Below are positions 33,829 through 40,986 of a stretch of DNA of 64,000 bases, piece by piece. Under the pieces are notes generated by a model, which saw only the letters and a program-made list of their open reading frames with translations, searched no databases and was not told the DNA's origin. The DNA comes from Terriglobales bacterium. GTDB lineage: Bacteria; Acidobacteriota; Terriglobia; Terriglobales; Acidobacteriaceae. Where the stretch lies: NCBI GenBank assembly GCA_030038475.1, contig JASHOU010000185.1:4540-68539 (forward strand). The letters are read 5' to 3'. Positions within the stretch are counted from its first letter, which is position 1; each line of letters opens with the position of its first letter. The position numbers and the translations under genes are program-made.

Positions 33829-34664
33829 TGTCAGACGAGGAACGGCGCGAGCCCGGGAAAGAAGATCAAGCTGGCGCAGAAAAAGATGCCGCTGCGCCGC
33901 CGGACGCGGCGGCGAGCGCTGAAACCGAGAACGTCTCCATCGAAGCGACCGTCGAAAAAATAGAGATGGTTGCGGACGAAGCTACACCGGAGGAAACAAC
34001 AGCAGAAGAGCCGGAAGGGATTCGAGCGGCGTATGAGCATCCGCTGGCGATTCGAATTACACACTGGGTGAACGCCATCAGCTTGTTCGTGATGATTACC
34101 AGCGGATTGCGGATTTTTCGCGCCTTCCCCAGCTTCGGCCCGAAGATTCCGGAAAAAGTTCTGCTCGATATTCCCAAGTCGCTCACGCTTGGCGGCTGGC
34201 TGGGCGGAGCCTTGCAGTGGCATTTCACCTTCATGTGGCTCTTCGCCGCGAGCGGCACGTTCTACGTGGCGTACCAACTTATCAGCGGGCACTACCGCAC
34301 TCTGTTATTCACGCCCCGCGACATTCTCGGCGTCTGGCCGATGGTCCGGCACTATTTTTTCTTTGGGCCCAAACCGCCGGCGACGGGTCAATACAATTCT
34401 CTGCAAAAACTGGCTTACACGTCGACCATTGGATTGGGCGCGTTGTCGCTGCTCACCGGGATCGTCCTGTACAAACCCGTCCAGTTTTCGTGGCTGGCAT
34501 TTCTGTTCGGAGGGTTTCATCTCACGCGCATCTGGCATTTCGCGGCCATGTGCGGATTCCTGGCATTCATCCCCGGGCACCTTATCATGGTCGCAGTGCA
34601 CGGCTGGCAAAATTTCTATTCCATGCTCGTAGGATGGAAGCGCGATCCAGAGTATCAGGAGTAA
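33828..34664 (+). CDS. Cytochrome b (Ni/Fe-hydrogenase b-type / PhsC-like) membrane subunit with acidic N-terminal extension
   Basis: HPLAIRITHWVNAISLFVMITSGLRIF plus further TM helices carrying His residues. ATG overlaps the upstream TGA by 1 nt (TGATG), and GGAGG lies 7 nt upstream. Confidence 0.8.
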   Translation: MSDEERREPGKEDQAGAEKDAAAPPDAAASAETENVSIEATVEKIEMVADEATPEETTAEEPEGIRAAYEHPLAIRITHWVNAISLFVMITSGLRIFRAFPSFGPKIPEKVLLDIPKSLTLGGWLGGALQWHFTFMWLFAASGTFYVAYQLISGHYRTLLFTPRDILGVWPMVRHYFFFGPKPPATGQYNSLQKLAYTSTIGLGALSLLTGIVLYKPVQFSWLAFLFGGFHLTRIWHFAAMCGFLAFIPGHLIMVAVHGWQNFYSMLVGWKRDPEYQE

Positions 34665-34673
34665 AGGGAAGCC

Positions 34674-34758
34674 CAGGTGTCAGGGTTCAGGTCTTAGGCT
34701 TCAGGAAAAATGGTTCGCCCGGCCTGAGTGATAAATACGGCCTAAGACCTGACACCTG
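34674..34758. repeat. Array hairpin (CAGGNNN units) between convergent genes; probable bidirectional terminator
   Basis: Left: CAGGTGTCAGGGTTCAGGTCTTAGGCTTCAGG. Right: ...CCTAAGACCTGACACCTG. The complementary blocks are CCTAAGACCTGA and ACACCTG. Confidence 0.65.
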
Positions 34759-34764
34759 TCCGAT

Positions 34765-35031
34765 CTAGTGCTTCATGTTGTCGTCGGACTTCGTCTCATC
34801 TTTCTTCGTGGTGTCTTTCTTCGTGGTGTCGGCGGTTTTCTTTTTCGCCGTTTTCTTGGATTTCTTCTGTGTCTTGGACGTGTCCTTCGCCATGTCGTCC
34901 TTCTTCATGGTGTCGCTCTTCATCTGATCGTTCTGCATGTTGTCCTGCTTCATGGCATCGCCCGATTGAGCGAATGCCAGCGTGCCGAACAGCATGGCTG
35001 TGGACAACAGTTTTGTAGCAATATTCTTCAT
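34765..35031 (-). CDS. Small secreted Lys/Asp-rich pentapeptide-repeat protein (MXKDX-type)
   Basis: Signal peptide MKNIATKLLSTAMLFGTLAFAQ, then MKQDN-MQNDQ-MKSDT-MKKDD-MAKDT and a K/T-rich tail. GGAG precedes the ATG. Confidence 0.75.
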   Translation of the reverse strand: MKNIATKLLSTAMLFGTLAFAQSGDAMKQDNMQNDQMKSDTMKKDDMAKDTSKTQKKSKKTAKKKTADTTKKDTTKKDETKSDDNMKH

Positions 35032-35221
35032 GACGCATTTCTCCTTTTTGTCGAATCGTTGGCGAGCTAGTCGCCCCGAATGTGCACGACCACGGTATGA
35101 GATTCGCTGAACGGCGGGAAGTTACAGCACTCGCAAAAACTCGACGACAATAGTTTCTCGGCGAATAAGGATCATGCTGGCCGTCATTCCTAACGATACC
35201 GCCTGACGATACCGCAATTCG

Positions 35222-36409
35222 TCAGACGTGCAGCAGTTTCCATCCCAGGCTAATTCCATTCGAGATATGCTCGCGCGCGGAGCCTTGGCCCAGGTGCGCG
35301 GCCAACATTTGAGCGAAGCAGTGAGGACTCGAGCGAAACACCTGCATGGTGCGACGCCGAGCCTGGCTGTGTTTAGCCAGGAAGAGCATCATGCCCGCCA
35401 TCAGTGTGGGCCGGCGTAGCAGAGCGCGATGGCCTTTTTCATAGCGAGCAAGATCCCCACTCGCCATGCAATCGCCCAGCAGTACAGCTTGTTGAAAAGC
35501 GAGGCAAAGGCCTTCCCCAGTGATGGCGTCGACTCCGCCTGAGGCGTCGCCGACCAGTACGACCCGGTCGCGATAGACGCACCGCAACCTCCGAGTAACG
35601 GTGGTCGCACCGCGTTCGCTGGAACTGATTTCTGCATTTGCGAGGCGCGCGCGAAGTTCCGGGAATTCGCCGATCGTTTCGTCCAGCGCCGCTTGCAGCC
35701 GCAACTTCGGATCGGACGAGATCAATGCCACGCCGACTTCGTCGTCGCTGACAGGTGTGACATAAATCTGGCTGCGGCGACCCCAGTGCAGCTCGACAAA
35801 GTCCGTCCACGGCGCGACGCGGTAGTGCCGACGGAACCCGTAGCGCAGGTTTCTGTTTTCATCTGCTTGCCGTGTCGATCGATCCAGCTTTGCCCATCGG
35901 CGAACGCGTGATCTGGATCCATCGGCACCAACGATCCAGCGGGCGCGGATCAATTTTCCGCCGACCAATGCTCCGTTGAACAATGCTCCGTCGGCCATCT
36001 CTCCACCGATCGACGGACCGTCCGCGTGAAGCCCCGCAACCGGCGTCCGCCAGAGCAGGTAAACGCCGCTCGCGGCCGCGTGATCTATGAGGAGGCGATG
36101 CAAGTGAGTCCGCCGGATTCCATACGCGGCACCTCGCGCGAAGCGAGCCTCAGCTTGTTTGCCATCGCTCAGGAAACGAATGCCACGGAATGGATATGCG
36201 TCCCGGGTGGAAATTGAAATGCCGAGTTGGTGCAGGGCGACGACTCCATCCGGCATCAGCCCTTCGCCGCACGCCTTGTCGATGGGCGGGATGGCGCCAT
36301 CCGCAACAACCACGCTCAAACCGTGACGCCGCGCCGCGATGGCCGTGGCCAGGCCGGCTGGGCCGCCGCCGATTACCAGGACGTTTACGGAATGGGGAAA
36401 AAAGCTCAC
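35222..36409 (-). CDS. FAD-dependent oxidoreductase (geranylgeranyl-reductase / aromatic-hydroxylase-like)
   Basis: VLVIGGGPAGLATAIAARRHG dinucleotide fold and GDASGGVDAITGEGL motif. I prefer the GTG at 36409 over the TTG at 36427, which lies in the repeat array. Confidence 0.8.
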   Translation of the reverse strand: MSFFPHSVNVLVIGGGPAGLATAIAARRHGLSVVVADGAIPPIDKACGEGLMPDGVVALHQLGISISTRDAYPFRGIRFLSDGKQAEARFARGAAYGIRRTHLHRLLIDHAAASGVYLLWRTPVAGLHADGPSIGGEMADGALFNGALVGGKLIRARWIVGADGSRSRVRRWAKLDRSTRQADENRNLRYGFRRHYRVAPWTDFVELHWGRRSQIYVTPVSDDEVGVALISSDPKLRLQAALDETIGEFPELRARLANAEISSSERGATTVTRRLRCVYRDRVVLVGDASGGVDAITGEGLCLAFQQAVLLGDCMASGDLARYEKGHRALLRRPTLMAGMMLFLAKHSQARRRTMQVFRSSPHCFAQMLAAHLGQGSAREHISNGISLGWKLLHV

Positions 36410-36419
36410 AGGTTGGCCA

Positions 36420-36546
36420 GGTCTCAAAGTTTCAACGTTTCAAGGTTTCAGAGTTTCAGCGTGCCACGATCTAGTGCACAATTTTTGCCGGCCTCCATGA
36501 AACCTTGCTACTCTGAAACCTTGAGACCTGAACCCTTGAAACTTTG
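36420..36546. repeat. Octamer-array hairpin (GTTTCA(A/G)N / complement) between the type III PKS and FAD-oxidoreductase genes
   Basis: Left: GGTCTCAAAGTTTCAACGTTTCAAGGTTTCAGAGTTTCAGCG. Right: CATGAAACCTTGCTACTCTGAAACCTTGAGACCTGAACCCTTGAAACTTTG. Confidence 0.8.
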
Positions 36547-36553
36547 CTTCTGC

Positions 36554-37609
36554 CTACCATTGCAGCAAGACGAATTCCGCGCAGAATCCTGGACCCATCG
36601 CCGCCAGCAAGCCGAGCGTGCCGGGTTCGGGCCGGCGATTTTTCATCACTTCTTCGAGCACAACCAGCACCGAGGCCGACGATAAGTTGCCAGTCCGGCG
36701 CAAACACTGCCAAGAAACGTCAAGTTCGCCGTTCTCTAAACCAAGCGCGTCGGCTGTGGCCTCCAGAATCTTCGGACCGCCGGTATGCAATACCCAGGCG
36801 CCGATGTCAGCGCGAGTCAATCCCCGGCTGGCGAGAAACTCGTCGACATTGCCGGCGAGGTTCTTGCGAATCAGGTCCGGCAGTTCGCGGGAGAGAACAA
36901 TGCGAAAGCCTTTTTCCGATATGTCCCAGCCCATCATCTCTTCGGTATCGGGATAGAACACGGAACTGGTTGCCAGTATGTTTGGTCCGGAAAGTCCAAC
37001 AGCAGCATCAGTGCCGGCAACAATCGCGGCGGCTGCGCCGTCGCCGAACAGGCCCGACGAAATCAGATTGGCCATCGATAGATCCTGGCGCTGCAGCGTG
37101 AGGGAGCAGAGTTCGACCGCCAGCACCACCGCGAATTGATCCGGATATGCGCGCACATAATCGGCCGCGCGTGAAATTGCCGCCGCGCCTGCCACGCAGC
37201 CCAAGCCAAAGATGGGAACACGGCGGATGTTTCGGCACAGCCCCATGCGGTTGATCAGAAGCGCGTCCATTGAGGGACTGCAGATGCCGGTGACAGAAGT
37301 AAAAATAAAAGCGCCGAGATTCTGGCCGTGCAAGCTGGCGTCTGCCAGCGCCCCTGCGATTGCCTTCTCTCCCAATTCCTTGGCGGTGCGAATCCAGTGC
37401 CGGTTGAACTCGCCCCAGGTTTTTATGCCGGGATACACTTCTTTTGGCAGCGACAGGAATCGTCCGTCCACGCCGGAGTTGCGATGCAATCGGCGCAGCA
37501 CCTGGGGACTCTCGATGCCATCGCTCCAATACTCCTGGAGAGCGTTGAGAAGTGTTTCCTGCGAGTAGTAGTGTTGGGGAAACGCGCTGGCTGCGCTGAC
37601 AATTCGCAT
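36554..37609 (-). CDS. Type III polyketide synthase (chalcone/stilbene synthase family)
   Basis: Catalytic triad contexts are present: GLGCVAGAAAISRA (Cys), WVLHTGGPKILE (His), GNLSSASVLVVLEE (Asn). The 351-aa length is typical. Confidence 0.9.
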   Translation of the reverse strand: MRIVSAASAFPQHYYSQETLLNALQEYWSDGIESPQVLRRLHRNSGVDGRFLSLPKEVYPGIKTWGEFNRHWIRTAKELGEKAIAGALADASLHGQNLGAFIFTSVTGICSPSMDALLINRMGLCRNIRRVPIFGLGCVAGAAAISRAADYVRAYPDQFAVVLAVELCSLTLQRQDLSMANLISSGLFGDGAAAAIVAGTDAAVGLSGPNILATSSVFYPDTEEMMGWDISEKGFRIVLSRELPDLIRKNLAGNVDEFLASRGLTRADIGAWVLHTGGPKILEATADALGLENGELDVSWQCLRRTGNLSSASVLVVLEEVMKNRRPEPGTLGLLAAMGPGFCAEFVLLQW

Positions 37610-37732
37610 GATGTTTCGCCCTCAGGTTTGCGCTCATCTCACTACCGGTCAGATGATTGTATGCCGAATAATAAAATTTGGATGCCGGTGTTAAAGTTAA
37701 GTTTGTAAAAACCTTGTCAAAAGAGGACTCCC

Positions 37733-38308
37733 GTGAAATTCATTCTCGGAGCTGTGTTTGGCGTGATTCTGGTGCCCCTTTGCATTTTTCTTTATTTTGC
37801 CAGCGGCAGCGCGCCTGTGGCCACCACCGACGGCGACATGCCTTTCGAAACTTTGCTTGCGCATAAGGCTTTGGAAGAGCGCATTGAAAAGGACGCACCC
37901 AAGAATGTGCCCATCCAGCCGACCGAGGGAAGTTACCTCGATGCCGCCGAGCTTTACAAACATCACTGCGCGGTTTGTCACGGTCTGCCGCTTTCGCCGA
38001 AGTCGTCGATTGCGACTGGTATGTATCCGCACCCGCCGCAACTGTTCGAGGGAAAAGGTGTGACCGACGATGAACCGGGAGAAACTTACTGGAAGATCTT
38101 CAATGGCATTCGCCTGACCGGCATGCCCGGCTTCAGCAAATCGCTTTCGGAAACTCAGATGTGGCAGATAGCGCTTCTGCTGGCCAATGCCGACAAACTG
38201 CCGGCTTCGGCAAAAGCCGCGCTGGTTGCGCCGATTCAGGCTCCCGCTCCCGCGCCTGCCGGAACGGTTTCTCCGGCATCGCCGAGCGCCACGCCGCCGC
38301 CGAAATAG
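37733..38308 (+). CDS. Membrane-anchored c-type cytochrome
   Basis: N-terminal TM, heme motif CAVCHG, and distal ...GMPGF...Q.W.I. GTG start with GAGGA upstream. Confidence 0.85.
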   Translation: MKFILGAVFGVILVPLCIFLYFASGSAPVATTDGDMPFETLLAHKALEERIEKDAPKNVPIQPTEGSYLDAAELYKHHCAVCHGLPLSPKSSIATGMYPHPPQLFEGKGVTDDEPGETYWKIFNGIRLTGMPGFSKSLSETQMWQIALLLANADKLPASAKAALVAPIQAPAPAPAGTVSPASPSATPPPK

Positions 38309-38362
38309 GCCGTGGTGAGCGGCGGATCACGGGCGGCTGACGGCAAGTGAAATGAGAAAAAC

Positions 38363-38911
38363 ATGGCATTCAGTCGTCCCAGAAAACTCTTCACCGAAGC
38401 GGAGCTTTACGAATACGCCGTGGGAGCGCTGGCGCGCCGCATGCGCTCGGTCGCGGAACTGAAGCGGCTGCTGCGCAATCGCGTCGAAGCCGACACGGAA
38501 TTCGGCAAGACGCTCGTAGAGCTGATTATCGTTCGCCTCAAAGACCAAGGCTATCTGAACGACGCCAAGTATGCAGCGGCGTTTTCTTCCTATCGGCGGG
38601 ATAATGACAAATTCGGACGAATGCGGGTTATCACCGACCTGAAGGCGAAGGGCGTGCACGGTGACGTCATCGAAAAGGCCGTTTCTTCCGTCTACGACGA
38701 GGTCAAAGAAGAAAATCTTGCCCGCGACTATCTGCGGCGAAAACGGCTTCAGAAGCCGAAAGACAAAGACCAGAAACAGGCAGCTCGAATCTTCCGGCAG
38801 TTGATGCGCGCCGGATTTCGGCCTAAGACCATCTTTACGATTCTGAAGAAATGGGACGTAGAGGAAGAAACGCTGGCCGCGCTCGAGAGCGCGAATTCAG
38901 AGGCGTCCTAA
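38363..38911 (+). CDS. recX: RecA regulator RecX
   Basis: Three-helix repeats: LYEYAVGALARRMRSVAELKRLL, LKDQGYLNDAKYAAAF, LKAKGVHGDVIEKAV, IFRQLMRAGF. Confidence 0.85.
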   Translation: MAFSRPRKLFTEAELYEYAVGALARRMRSVAELKRLLRNRVEADTEFGKTLVELIIVRLKDQGYLNDAKYAAAFSSYRRDNDKFGRMRVITDLKAKGVHGDVIEKAVSSVYDEVKEENLARDYLRRKRLQKPKDKDQKQAARIFRQLMRAGFRPKTIFTILKKWDVEEETLAALESANSEAS

Positions 38912-39008
38912 TAGGACGGGCGTAGGCCTATTCCGTGGTTGCGTGGCTCCCCTATCTCTGGTAGAACTCTGCACTGAAGAAATCAACAATTTTTTTTCTG
39001 GAGGAACT

Positions 39009-39407
39009 ATGAAGAGCAAGTTATCTCTGAAGTTATGTCTGACGGTCGCAGCGGCGCTGCTGGCGCTTAGCGCATTCTCCTACGCGCAAGCCGGCGATGA
39101 CATGAAGAAAGCTGCCGACGACACCGGCAAAACCACCAGTACAGCCGCGAAGACGACGGCGCACGCCACCAAGACTGCGGCCAAGGACACCGGCAAGGCC
39201 ACGGCAACCGCTACCAAGGACACCGGCAAAGCCACAGAAACCGGCGCCAAGGATACAGGCAAAGCCACGGAAAAAGCCGCCGACAAAACCGGCGATGCCA
39301 CGAAGACGGCCGCGAAGGATACCGGGCACGGCGTGAAAAAAGGCACTAAGGCAGTGGGCCACGGCGTAAAAAAGGGTGCCGAGAAAACGGGCGATGCGGT
39401 GAAGTAG
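39009..39407 (+). CDS. Small secreted Lys/Thr-rich repeat protein (KDTGKAT repeats)
   Basis: Signal peptide MKSKLSLKLCLTVAAALLALSAFSYAQA, then four (A/T)(A/T)KDTGKAT(A/E) units and two GHGVKKG units. GGAGGA lies 5 nt before the ATG at 39009. Confidence 0.7.
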   Translation: MKSKLSLKLCLTVAAALLALSAFSYAQAGDDMKKAADDTGKTTSTAAKTTAHATKTAAKDTGKATATATKDTGKATETGAKDTGKATEKAADKTGDATKTAAKDTGHGVKKGTKAVGHGVKKGAEKTGDAVK

Positions 39408-39421
39408 TTCGATCTGCCAGT

Positions 39422-39456
39422 GGCAACGAAGTCGTCTGACTTGGTTGCCGCTTTTC
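39422..39456 (+). terminator. Rho-independent terminator after the KDTGKAT-repeat gene
   Basis: GGCAACGAAGTC-GTCT-GACTTGGTTGCC is a 12-bp stem with 1 mismatch. It is followed by GCTTTTCC. Confidence 0.55.
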
Positions 39457-39496
39457 CGCTTCACGCTCGATCAGATTGAGAGCGTTCCGTTATTCG

Positions 39497-40225
39497 TCAG
39501 ATTTTTCCGGTTGCGGCCAAGACCATGTAGAGAATCTGCGCCGTCGCCAATCCAATCCAGATGCGCTGGCGAATGCGCGAGCGGCGTATGTCGCGGAGCA
39601 AACCGGCGGCGGTGGCTTCGGTGACCAGAGCTTCCTGCTTTTCCTCCGCCAATGCGGCCGGTTGCAGATTGATTGGCCTCGGCGCGTCTGTCGGTTTCGG
39701 CTTGTCCGGATAGAACACCTTCGGCGTGTCCAGCACCTCCGACCACATCGGCAGCAGGATCCATGACTTTGGAATAATGTCGAGAATCGGTTTGGAAGTG
39801 AGATTTAGAGCCGGCTGAGTCTCGGGCGCAACGCGGTCGGCCAGATTCCGCAGCAGGGAGCCAACCCACAGGCGGCTGAGCTGATCCGTGATCAACTCAC
39901 CGACATCGACGGGCCGCGATTCCAATTCCAGCGGCGGCAGCGCCTCGGGCGAAATCATGTCTCCGATATTGGTGAAGACGGTGCGAAACCAGGGCAGGCG
40001 CAGCCGGTCGCCGAGAGCCAAGCCAGTATTCACGGGCCGCGACGTCAGTATCAGCGGCGGCAGTTTCTCGGGCGCGAAGGTATCGCGCAGATTGCCGGCC
40101 AGCGACCGCCAGAGCGGTTGAGTCAGGCTCGCCGGTGGAAGCAAATCCAGCGGGATCTCCGCCTGGACGGCCCCGGTTGGTGAGTCGGAATACCACGCTT
40201 CCGCAGCATTTGAGCGGTACAACAT
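39497..40225 (-). CDS. Tail-anchored hypothetical protein with three ~32-aa internal repeats
   Basis: Repeats: LWRSLAGNLRDTFAPEKLPPLILTSRPVNTG / WFRTVFTNIGDMISPEALPPLELESRPVDVG / LWVGSLLRNLADRVAPETQPALNLTSKPILDI. C-terminal TM is IWIGLATAQILYMVLAA. Confidence 0.55.
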   Translation of the reverse strand: MLYRSNAAEAWYSDSPTGAVQAEIPLDLLPPASLTQPLWRSLAGNLRDTFAPEKLPPLILTSRPVNTGLALGDRLRLPWFRTVFTNIGDMISPEALPPLELESRPVDVGELITDQLSRLWVGSLLRNLADRVAPETQPALNLTSKPILDIIPKSWILLPMWSEVLDTPKVFYPDKPKPTDAPRPINLQPAALAEEKQEALVTEATAAGLLRDIRRSRIRQRIWIGLATAQILYMVLAATGKI

Positions 40226-40517
40226 AAGAGTTTAGAACGTGTCCCAAGAACCCACTCTTGATCTTAAGATGCAGGGGCGCGGTCTGTCACGCGTCTTTAC
40301 CGAGCTTTACGGGTTGCGCGACGGGCAGCTTTCGCTCGGCCGGCCGACAACTAGACCGGGCACAACTGAAAAAATTTCCATCCCGCCTCGCCACCGTCGT
40401 CCTTCAAACTACCTAATTCCTTGGGTACATGCACTTTAATGCCGTTGAGCCGCACCTCCGGTTCAAGCACAATCGCAAGGCGGGTTAAATGGTGACATCG
40501 AAAATGGAGAAGCTCGA

Positions 40518-40877
40518 TTGAGCAATCACGGACAAGCGACAGCCAGGGCTCATGAGAAAACGCGGCGTTTCTCCCGCTATCGCTACGACGCGCGCATTGA
40601 GGTCGCGGTTTTTCGTGACGGTCTGACTACGACCTGCTGGGGCCGAATCAATGAACTCGGCCAGGATGGCATTGGCGCGACTCTCAGCGCGGAATTGCAG
40701 GCTGGAGAAGTTGTATCGCTGGAGTTCCCCATACCGCTTGCTCCCCACGTCGTCAAACTGCGCGCGCTGGTGTGTTACTGCGACGGACTGCGCTGCGGAT
40801 TCGAATTCCTGGTAGTGACCGACGAACAAAAGCTGACTCTGCGCCAGGTCTGCGTGGTACTGGCAAACGTTTCCTGA
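40518..40877 (+). CDS. PilZ-domain protein (putative c-di-GMP receptor)
   Basis: RRFSRYR (RxxxR) and NELGQDGIG (D/NxSxxG-like) motifs. TTG start with GGAGA 7 nt upstream. Confidence 0.7.
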   Translation: MSNHGQATARAHEKTRRFSRYRYDARIEVAVFRDGLTTTCWGRINELGQDGIGATLSAELQAGEVVSLEFPIPLAPHVVKLRALVCYCDGLRCGFEFLVVTDEQKLTLRQVCVVLANVS

Positions 40878-40986
40878 GCCTTCCCGGATTCCCGATTCGA
40901 TCATTCCATTACTGCCGTAACTACCGGCGAATTGCCCGGCCCGCTTACCATTTCAGCATCGTCGGTGCGCCGAGGGAAAGGACTGT

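Noticed and set aside
40239-40439. 66-aa + strand ORF in the 290-nt gap before the PilZ gene
   Set aside because: It has no RBS and a Pro/Arg/Gly/Thr-rich composition, and nothing supports it. The gap is more likely a promoter or regulatory region.
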